DNA of 64,000 bases from Octopus vulgaris (Eukaryota), in the NCBI GenBank assembly GCA_951406725.2, contig OX597825.1, forward strand, positions 40,486,001 to 40,550,000, written 5' to 3'. A program made the translations under genes and the position numbers. Below, piece after piece: positions 54,861 to 64,000 of the stretch. The notes beneath the pieces are model-generated. The model had not been told where the DNA came from. It made no database searches and saw only the letters and a program-made list of their open reading frames with translations. Every line of letters begins with the position of its first letter. Position 1 is the first letter of the stretch.

Positions 54861-55361
54861 CGTGCGTGTGTATGCAAGTATATATGTGAGATAATAGTTT
54901 CAATATTAATAGGAAGGTATATAATAATTTCAGTATTAAAACTGAAAATAAATCACATTGAATCGGAGATGTCATTGTGTCACGTTTGATACGTAATACT
55001 GAAATGGTGTATGTAATAAAACCTGTTCCGGGTCACATTATGCAAGAGGTTGAAAGTTTTCGGGGCCCACCACACTGCATGACCTCTAAGTAAGACGTAC
55101 ATATATATATATATATATATAAGTCTATCAGTATATATATATACACGTATATATATATATATATATATATATATGCTTTCTTGTTTCGATTAACTATATA
55201 TATATTTAAATATACATCTATAAATATGCATTTGTATATATGCGTGTATGCGCATACAGCTACACATATACCTCTATATATATATACATAAATATGTGCA
55301 GATGTATATACACATATATAGATGCATGTATATATGTATATATATATATATAATATATACA

Positions 55362-55426
<65 letters not shown>

Positions 55427-55660
55427 CGTGCGTGTGTATGCAAGTATATATGTGAGATAATAGTTTCAATATTAATATGAAGGTATATAATAATTTCAGT
55501 ATTAAATCTGAAAATAAATCACATTGAATCGGAGATGTCATTGTGTCACGTTTGATACGTAATACTGAAATGGTGTATGTAATAAAACCTGTTCCGGGTC
55601 ACATTATGCAAAAGGTTGAAAGTTTTCGGGGCCCACCACACTGCATGACCTCTAAGTAAG
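54465..55660. repeat. Recent tandem duplication (~630 bp and ~570 bp units)
   Basis: 54618-55093 is almost identical to 55179-55660; the preceding aagacgtacat..gtctatcagtata block is also duplicated. Confidence 0.93.
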
Positions 55661-57052
55661 GGTTGTGTAATATATGAATGAAATCGGTTGAGTAGGTCTT
55701 GAGTGTTAGTGATGCAAATATACAGACAGAGAGACACACATTCTCAGTTTTATATTTATATATATTATACTAAAGCCGTGTGAGTGGATCTGATAGAGGG
55801 AAACTGAAAAAAACCTGTCGGATATATGTATGTATGTACATATTTGTGTGTGTGTGTGTGTGTTGTTTGTATGTAGTTTTGCATATCTATGAGTATATTT
55901 TGGTTGTATACATGTATATATTTTTCGTACATGTATATATCTGTGTATATGTACCTGTGTATGAATATATATATTTGTATAAATATGTGAATATATATAT
56001 ATATATATATGCGTATATATGTGTGCATGTATATGTTTAAGTTTTGTCATCATAATCTATATAATATTAATGAATTTGGAAAATTAATTTTTAGTGGAAT
56101 ATTTCAGAATGTTGGATCTTCTAATGCAAATTATTGTTGTTACTGTAAAATTATATTAGTAATTTAATATTAATTGCATATTACAATAAGATGTCTTCAT
56201 TATACTAAATAATTATATGTATAAATACATTCATTAAATTTATTAACAAATTGATGAGAATAACATTAATAATAATGATGATGATGATGATGATAAATGA
56301 ATAGCGTTATTTGACTCACTAAACTGAATAACTACAATACTAATTATTATAGTATTGAATAGTTTCTAACTTGTATTGTTATGGCAACAATATTATTTCG
56401 TTACTTTTGAAAGAATTAATAAAACCTGGATATATACTATTTATAGATCCTTCTATAAAAAAATAACATCAGTTATATTTATCGAGTTCGGTACCCAAAC
56501 CTTGCTTTGTTTTTTATATAGTTGAATTTTATTTGAAGAATTTTCCCTTCCATAATGTACGAATATAGGAACCTCTGCTTGTTAGTTACTGTGAATACTC
56601 CTTATTTAAGTAACTTCAAACCTGTTTACTTCTAAAAAACTAGTGATATTTTGATATCCATTATTATAGTCTAACTCTATATCTATGAGATAATATAGGT
56701 TGCAGTTATTGTAGCTCTAACTTTATCTTCATATTTATTACGAAATTCTCCCTCCGATAAATTAAATGAAGAATATAATATAGATGTTTTCGATCCAGTT
56801 TGGATTCTTTGCCATCAAATTTGAATTCTTTGCTATCAAATTTGAATTTTTCAATTGGTATTCAAGCCTTGAAAAAGTAAGAGTTAAACTATATCCTCAT
56901 ATCTCAAATATAGAACTGTGAACTGGGTTTTTAATAATCAAATAATGTATATACGCTGAAACAAATTGTTGACTCATTTGATTATTTAATAATTTTTTAT
57001 GTTATCTTATCTTGTCTTATATTATATTATATTCATAGTATACTATGTTATA

Positions 57053-58184
57053 CACGGTGCGAGGGGTATTTGAGGACAGATTTGTTATACAATAGAACAA
57101 CTATATGTATTTGAATATACATTTCTGCAAATAGATTTGTTAATGATTTTTTAAGCAAATTAGTTTATTAAATTGCCTTCGGCTTCGATCACTGCTTCAA
57201 TGTGGGACCGAAACCGCTTGCATGCTGACACTATATGGTCCTTATTCCTTTTGGACATCACTTGGACAATGGCGGTCTTCAGTGAATCCACACTCTGGCG
57301 AGTTTGGAACCCATATATTGAGTGTTACATAAACGTAAATATTGTCCGACATTGATGGGTGACTAGGACTTTGTGACAAGGTGTTGTATCCATAGCATAT
57401 TTCATCAATCCGTGGCTTGTTAACAGTTTCCAGCAACTCAATGTATCCAGCAGCATTAATTCCAAGACGGTGGAAAAAAGGGTTGCATCACATGACCTTC
57501 GCTACTCACCACTTCTAAAACCATCAAAGTTGCTGGAAGTTTCGTGTGCATCATTATCGGTACTTCAGACAGACACATAGCCCCCTGTAATTTCCTCCCT
57601 TTGACTTTTGAACCTGGTCGAAGATTTTTTCGTCATAAAAAAAACCAAAGCATGCTTTGTTCGTGAGGGATTTTCACTTTGTTAAGTAACCGTTTGAACG
57701 AATGAGACGGTTTGTCTATGTCTTTGCAGACACGAATTGGCTTTTCCTCTTTACATAGGACATGTACCGAAAATAACGATGTACCACAGTTCTGATAGTC
57801 CACTATGACACCCGAGGTTCTTTAGCAATGAATCTCATTGAGCTTCTGGGGTTTTCATTGATATTGTTTTGAACATGCGGTATAACTTCCGGTATCCTTT
57901 TAGTTTTGAATGTTTTTTTCCCTTTGATACAAGTGAAATATTACCATCACACACCTCCGATTCCAACCGAAATTTGCGTACATATGATCTTGCAGCTTTT
58001 AGAAATTTGCTAATTTCTAAATCACTGTGATTTGCATGTATAGCAACTGTGACTGCTTGTATTTTCATTTCTTGAGTTAGCATATCTTGAAAGAATTATC
58101 TGAAAAAAAAACAATGATGCATTAAATAAATTGAAGGAGTAGTGAACTAAAATCAAAATGTTCCCAAATACCCTTCGAACCCTG
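57053..58184 (-). mobile_element. Tc1/mariner (maT/DD37D-like) transposon, decayed
   Basis: Diverged TIRs cacggtgcgaggggtatttg / caaatacccttcgaaccctg; MLTQEMKIQAVTVAIHA, FFYDEKN, HTKLPATLMVL, WVPNSP, ACKRFRSHIEAVIEAEG. Confidence 0.88.
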
Positions 58185-58227
58185 TTTTATAATATTGGAT
58201 TGTCAGTTGTATCTCTATTTAATTCCT

Positions 58228-58270
<43 letters not shown>

Positions 58271-58659
58271 AGGTTTGGAGATGATGTACAGATATTTTAT
58301 ATTAGAAGAAATGAGGTACTCAGAAAAGCGGATGGTTTATATTTACAGATATTTATTTGTATATTACATTTTTTATACATCATATAACTTAGATCATGTA
58401 TTAGCGCTTTCTCCCATTCTAGTGGGGTTTTCAAATCAAACTAAGTTCCTATGGGAAAAGTTTTGACTATTTTATTGTGGTATTGAGTTTGTAGTGGTGG
58501 GGAGGAATATAAGACAGTACAAGAGGATGATGGATGAGGAGAAACTGAGAGAGAGAGAGAGAGAGAACATGTGTGTGTGTGCACGCGCGTGTGTGTGTGT
58601 GTTTGTATTTGGAATGAGTGCTAAAGAAAATGAGATGTTTATATGTGTGTGTGTGTATT

Positions 58660-58885
58660 TGTTGCGTGTCTTTGTGTCTGTGTTTGTCTTTCACCGACGC
58701 TTCACAACCGGCGTTGATATGTTTGGGTTTCAGTAACATAGAAGTTCAGGACGAGAGACTCTCAGAATCAGCACGAGGTTTTAAAAAAGAAGAACTAGGG
58801 TAGTTTCATTAGACTATATATTAATTAAGGTGGTGCCCCAGCTTGGCCACAATTCAGTGATTGAAACAAATAGAACATAAAAGAT
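58660..58885 (+). mobile_element. SINE family B 3' part
   Basis: cgcttcacaaccggcgttg...aaggtggtgccccagcttggccaca. Confidence 0.7.
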
Positions 58886-59464
58886 ACAATGTATGCTCTT
58901 CGGTACCGAATAATCGCACGAAATATATCTGAAAGCAATAAAATAGACTTGTAAATTGTCCAACTATGAGGAAAGCCTCAGGAAGTCCTCTGAATTGGTA
59001 GGTTTTTGATCTCTGCTACATATGACAGTAAAACATCAACACTTCAAGAGAAAAAATGTTGACAACGTGTCTGCTGGTTTAATACGGCTAAAAGGCAAGC
59101 AGTAAAATATCTGCTTTCTCTGTTTTTCTCTTTCTTAACTACTCACTCATTTTTTACTTTCCTTCTCGAAAATAAGAGAATACAAAGAAAATACCATCAG
59201 CGCTCTTACTATAAGTGAAAGCAAGCAGTAAAAATATTGCTTTCCCTTCCCTATGTTTCCGTTGACAACTTTATACTAAGAAATGAAGAAAAGCGAAATA
59301 AAAGTATATATGACTACAATGAATCTAGAGGAAATTACCAACAATCAGTTATATATTATACAAAAAACGTTTATCATGGGAAAATAGTAAGGCATGCAGT
59401 ACACGAGTTGCATACATAGACCTTTCGCCCCTGATATGTATACATAAATATATGTACATATATA

Positions 59465-59529
<65 letters not shown>

Positions 59530-59534
<5 letters not shown>

Positions 59535-60302
59535 CAATAAAGATTCAAGTTAATTTAAATGAATTTACTTGAATATGGTACCTAACTTAGATGCACCAAA
59601 AGAAAGCTATACTGATTTAACAATACAGTAATGTGGGGTGATTATAAGCGAGAATGAAGCAACAAGAATGGATAGGTTTTTAGTACAATCGTTTCATACA
59701 AGGACAGGTTTTATTAAAAGTTGCAAAAATTACAGCATATAAACGTGTCCCGTACTCATCAGCTAAAATACATGTGAGTTCTCTAGACATCCCAGTGGTT
59801 GAGGCTATACTCATGAAGTAATGTAGATAATTAAGTAACATAAACAGATTTCAAAAGTTCATTAAAGTTCTTTAAAGATGATGTACAGTCTTATCACAGA
59901 ATTTAAAAAAAAGTCTTAATAGCATCACAGAGAAGGTGACCCAATCCATAGTGCACATATGAATTTCCAGAGATATGATGAGGGATTACATACTCACAGA
60001 AGGCAAATTTATCCATTGTTAATTACAACGAGGTGGGTTTCAATTCCTGCTTATTAGCATTACAGAGAGGGTGAATTAATCCTTTGTATAGATGCACAAT
60101 TTCCAATGGTGTAGGTGTAAATTTCCAAGGAATTTCATATTCACAGGCGATAAATTTATCAATGGTTGAACACAATGAGGTAGGTATCAATTCTTGCTAT
60201 ATGATTAGGTATTTGCCACATGCTGTCCTTGTATGAAACAAACTGTCCTTGTATGAAACGATTGTACTAAAAACCTATCCATTCTTGTTGCTTCATTCTC
60301 GC
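59530..60302 (-). mobile_element. Non-coding PLE-derived element with inverted terminal copy, between (TA)n
   Basis: Perfect 60-bp inverted repeat at 59648-59707 / 60243-60302; internal diverged tandem pair at about 59916-60200; contains a hammerhead. Confidence 0.8.
59678..59768 (-). ncRNA. Complete type I hammerhead ribozyme
   Basis: UUUUAG-CUGAUGA-GUACGGGACA..UGUCCUUGUAU-GAAAC-GAUU-GUA-CUAAAA. Confidence 0.87.
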
Positions 60303-60349
<47 letters not shown>

Positions 60350-60350
<1 letters not shown>

Positions 60351-60455
60351 TATTTATTCTTTTATTCCTTTTCTGTTTCAGTAATTTTACTGTAGTCTTG
60401 CTGGAGCACCGTCTTTAGTTGAACGAAACGACCCCAGGACTCATTCTTTGTAAGT
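60350..60455 (-). mobile_element. SINE family B tail
   Basis: tgtttcagt..tgctggagcaccgtctttagt..cgaccccaggact.attctttgtaag. Confidence 0.75.
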
Positions 60456-60464
60456 GGAACCGAG

Positions 60465-60700
60465 TCAGCCTTAGAATCTCTGAGGCTATCCTCATACACA
60501 AAAAGAAACCCAAATAAACAACAGAAGAGAGTTACAGGAAGGTAGCTGGTTGCCAAAGCAACACCTTTCCACTTCACACACTCACATCGGCAACATTCCT
60601 CTATATCTTAAAAATGGGGTCATAATCCCGAAATATTGAATACAAGGTAAGTTTATATTAAATCACATAATTGTTTGCTGGTGATTTACCTTGAATTTTC
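60465..60700 (+). mobile_element. PLE extreme 3' end with hammerhead relic
   Basis: LRISEAILIHKKKPK resembles the GIY-YIG C-terminal EA..I....P motif; 60602-60642 reads UAUAUC-UUAAAAA-U-GGGGU-CAUA-AUCCC-GAAA-UAUU-GAAUA. Confidence 0.55.
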
Positions 60701-60776
60701 ATCGCATTGTTTTGGCTTTACCCACGATCTTTTATACAATATATTCTACAAAATGCTTCATAGTAATTATTTCATT

Positions 60777-60837
<61 letters not shown>

Positions 60838-60839
<2 letters not shown>

Positions 60840-60991
60840 CGGGCATCTTTCAGTTTCCGTCTCCCAAATACAATTTAAAGGCATTAGTCGGCCCGAAGAT
60901 ATTGTAGACACTTGCCAAAGGTACCACGCAGTAGGACTGAACCTATAACAATGTGGGTGGGATACAAGCTCTTTACTACACAGCCACGCCT
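60838..60991 (-). mobile_element. SINE family B head
   Basis: Reverse complement ggcgtggctgtgtagtaa...ggttcagtcctactgcgtgg...ggcaagtgtct...gacggaaactgaaaga. Confidence 0.85.
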
Positions 60992-60999
60992 AGTGTGCG

Positions 61000-61215
61000 G
61001 TGAATTAACTGTCGTCTAAATTACACAAACATTAAAATGATATTGCCATCCAATTTTAACTGATATATTTTGCGAAATTACATAAAAATATCTTGAGATA
61101 CTAAATGGTAAATTTATTCAATAAAATCGCCATTGGCTTCAACCACGGCCTCCAGATATTTTAGAATCTCCTGCAGCTCTTCTAGACGGTCTCCTTGTTT
61201 AAGTTGCCGATTGCT
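61000..61215 (-). mobile_element. Tc1/maT-like transposase C-terminal remnant
   Basis: SCRRF*, then LEAVVEANGDFIE*, parallel to ACKRFRSHIEAVIEAEG at 57.2 kb. Confidence 0.7.
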
Positions 61216-61439
61216 CCCGAAATCGTTTCCTTGCAATTCAATTAACAGGTTTTGGGAAATCAATACGTATATGCTTTGGGGTAAAACTTTCGGAGACTGC
61301 AAAAAGTAATTATAAATAATCGAAAGACAATATAATAGGAACCCCTAATTAACTGCATTTGTTATATTTATTTCTAAGGCAGTGAGGTGGTAGAATCAAT
61401 ATGTGAAATGCATCTTTTAGACACAGCTTGCAGGCTAAG

Positions 61440-62130
61440 CGTTAACCTTTGCATGGAAGCCCCGAATCTATTATGGACCATGACAAAATGTAGGAAATAT
61501 TTCTTTTTTTGAGATGATATATGTGACTGGCGAGTGTTGTGGATTTACTGTGTTTCTTGTATCTAAAAGAATTGAGAAGAGAGGCATATCGTTGTTTAAA
61601 CGTTTTTGATTGACCCAATTATTTATAACTGTAGAATTGTGCAATGTATTGAGGACGGTGCATTTATAAATTACATTAAATATTCTACAATGGGCTTGTA
61701 GAAGGCAGAGAGACCCCGGATGGTAACTACAAGTAGGTGTATTTTGGAGATTATTTTCAGAAATGGAGGAGGTAATACTGTCAGAGGAGAAGATAGAGAT
61801 GGGTGTAGAAAGGTCTAAGTTATTAGTATTGTTATTACTATTACCATTGTTATTGCTATCGTTGTTAATTATTCTATCTGTAACGGTGGTGGAGGTTGTT
61901 GTAGTATTTTGGATAGTGTTAGTAGGATAGGTTGAGTTATGGTTGTGGTCTAACATATGGGGTTCAATGCAAGAGCTGTGTATAAATTGCGTGTTCGTGT
62001 ATTCAGTGTTACTGTGAGTTTTGATAGTAGAAAGAAAGCTTTTGTTTATTAGCTGCTGCTATAATAGACTCGATGTTGGGTGGGGTGGCTTAAAATAGCT
62101 TCAGAATAGATCGATTAAAGATAGAGTAAT
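61440..62130 (-). mobile_element. Penelope-like GIY-YIG remnant with long N/T-rich linker
   Basis: CSYHPGSLCLLQAHCRIFNVIYKCTV fits the C.C....CPL...C...NVIYK..V type of PLE endonuclease. Confidence 0.65.
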
Positions 62131-62586
62131 ATTTATGTTGACGGGGGAAGTTTTGTGCCTACACGTATATTTGTGCGTGTGCATGTATGTGTATATGTAT
62201 GCGCACGCATATAAGGACATGCAAGCGGATACATGTGTTTGTAAATGTGTGTGCATGGTTATTTGTGTATATTTGTATATGTATGTGGGTATATATATCT
62301 ATACATATATATATATAAGTGCGTGTGTGTGTATATGTATATGTGCATGCATATGTATACACAAATATATATGAGTGAGTGGGTACATGTGTATATATGT
62401 ATACGTTACCTATTTACCTGTATGCGTGTGTGCGTGTGACCGGATATTGTTGATCGGCTATACACGACGTGTCGAGGATTGTTATATAATTTGATATGGA
62501 TATATTTGGGATACTTATATCCATTCTTGACATTGCGTCTGCTTTTCTGTGGTGTTGTATAAGTATTTCATTTATTTCCTCAGTAT

Positions 62587-62643
62587 TCTCTGCTGACGAG
62601 GAAAAAACGTTTGTGTTAATCCAGAAATTGGCCGATCCATCGA
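62587..62643 (+). ncRNA. Degenerate type I hammerhead
   Basis: UG-CUGACGA(62593-62599)-GGA..UCC-A-GAAA-UUGGCCGAU-C-CA; near-palindromic stem III, weak stem I. Confidence 0.55.
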
Positions 62644-62956
62644 TAACTAAAATTTATGACTTTCCGTCAGATGGCTACGTGTGTAATAATAATAGTGATG
62701 ATATTTAATGTGGTTCGACGATTTAACATCTCCTTTTAGAATATAGGCAAGACTTTCTTCTATGTTCTTAATTATAATTATATATATAAAATTTCTTTAT
62801 TCCTTTGGAACACGAAATCTCAAAAAGGAAGGTATTGCGCGGATGTATGACGCTCCCTTGCAAGAATGGAATGGACCACTACATGTATGTAGTTTGAATA
62901 AGTGGGGTAGTTCGTGCTAGTTCCACAATCCTTCCTCGTTCTATAGTTCTCGTGTT

Positions 62957-63186
62957 GAAGGCGGCGAGCTGGCAAAAACGTTAGCACGCCGGGCGAAATG
63001 CAGAGCCGTGTTTCGTCTTTCGTTACGTTCAGAGTTCAAATTCTGCCGAGGTCGACCTTGCCTTTCATCCTTTCGGGGTCGATAAATTAAATACCAGTTA
63101 CGCACTGGGGTCGATGTAATTGACTTAATCCCTTTGTCCCTGTTTGTCCCCTCTGTATTTAGTACCTAGTCGGTAATAAAGAAATA
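62957..63186 (+). mobile_element. Full-length tRNA-derived SINE, family A, with target-site duplication
   Basis: A-box-like tggcaaaaacgttag, B-box-like gagttcaaattc, body gcctttcatcctttcggggtcgataaa; TSD tatagttctcgtgtt (62942-62956) / tatagttcccgtgtt (63187-63201). Confidence 0.92.
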
Positions 63187-63359
63187 TATAGTTCCCGTGT
63201 TCATAGTTCAAAGTTTACAGTTCGATGTAGTGTGTGGGATTGTTTGTTTCTAAAAGATTGTTGTTACGTTGTGTATGACTACTGCCGTTTGTTTCGATTA
63301 TACTGTTATCACACTGTTACAGTGTATTCCTTTATCCACAATGATATAACACATTCATA

Positions 63360-63438
63360 CACACACATATAAATATATACATATGTATATATATATACAC
63401 ATATATACAAACACACACACATATATATACATACGCAT

Positions 63439-63497
<59 letters not shown>
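63360..63497. repeat. (TA)n/(CA)n microsatellite
   Basis: Directly visible. Confidence 0.95.
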
Positions 63498-63503
<6 letters not shown>

Positions 63504-64000
63504 GTTATGGAAAGTATGGGCTATTTACGGAGTGCCAATGCGAAATAATACAGGGTAGAGGAGGAAATTGTAAACGCAAATCATAGGCAGTCAAACAGAT
63601 TCCCGAATACATAAATGAATGTAATTGAATCATATATATTTATACACATGAACATAAATCATGCATATACAGGCGTAAAGATTCTTCAAAGGTATAAGGA
63701 ATAAACCCAAACGTACCTACAAATATAGAAGAAATATAAAATCATAAAAATACATGTAAAATTACACACAAATAAGGATTACACGTAAAGATTTATGCGT
63801 GATAAATATAGGAGGCACAGTGAAATACTAACCCTAATAATTACTCCAATGAAACCAGTAGGGTGAATCAAAAACCTCAACCAGTAAAAAATATCCATGC
63901 GCAAATTAGTGCTATACCTGTATGAAGTTTAAAATTTCTTTTTCTACATATGTTAGTGTAGCAATGGGATGTATCAGCCTTATTTAACGCTCACTAGTGT

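Noticed and set aside
55043-55090. Possible hammerhead in the duplicated unit (AGAGGU..CCCC-GAAA..ACCUCU)
   Set aside because: No recognisable CUGANGA strand.
60590-60655. Strong donor AAG|GTAAGT as a host exon end
   Set aside because: Lies inside a PLE 3' end and hammerhead relic.
61114-61302. ORF preceded by tttttgcag as a terminal host exon
   Set aside because: The EAVVEANGDFIE ending matches the Tc1/maT transposase C-terminus also seen at 57.2 kb.
62957-63050. tRNA gene
   Set aside because: A- and B-box-like words continue into a multicopy SINE body with a TSD; no cloverleaf.

Overview
Eukaryotic, very AT-rich, microsatellite-dense DNA with no intact host gene that I can support. The SINE and retroelement families look like those I associate with octopus (coleoid cephalopod) genomes; this is an inference, not a database result. 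The window is mostly decayed transposable elements: (1) many Penelope-like elements (PLEs; RT + GIY-YIG) and their non-coding terminal repeats, mostly next to (TA)n; (2) about nine pieces of an R4/Dong-type restriction-like-endonuclease (RLE) non-LTR retrotransposon, several sitting in (TAA)n arrays; (3) two tRNA-derived SINE families; (4) an RTE/BovB-like 3' end, a Tx1/L1-like ORF1, mariner and maT/Tc1-like DNA transposons, a Helitron helicase with its 3' end, and a foldback-like inverted repeat. Most ORFs in the supplied track are translated microsatellites. The main signal is RNA structure. I folded by eye more than a dozen hammerhead-ribozyme (HHR) motifs from several PLE-derived families. 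Two have a complete canonical core, and one pair sits back to back in a palindrome. The most unusual is a ~110-nt motif shared by two diverged non-coding families (22.2-23.3 kb and 53.6 kb). It shows compensatory base changes and can be drawn as a hammerhead whose three strands are in a non-circular order. All folds are manual and untested, and TE boundaries are approximate.
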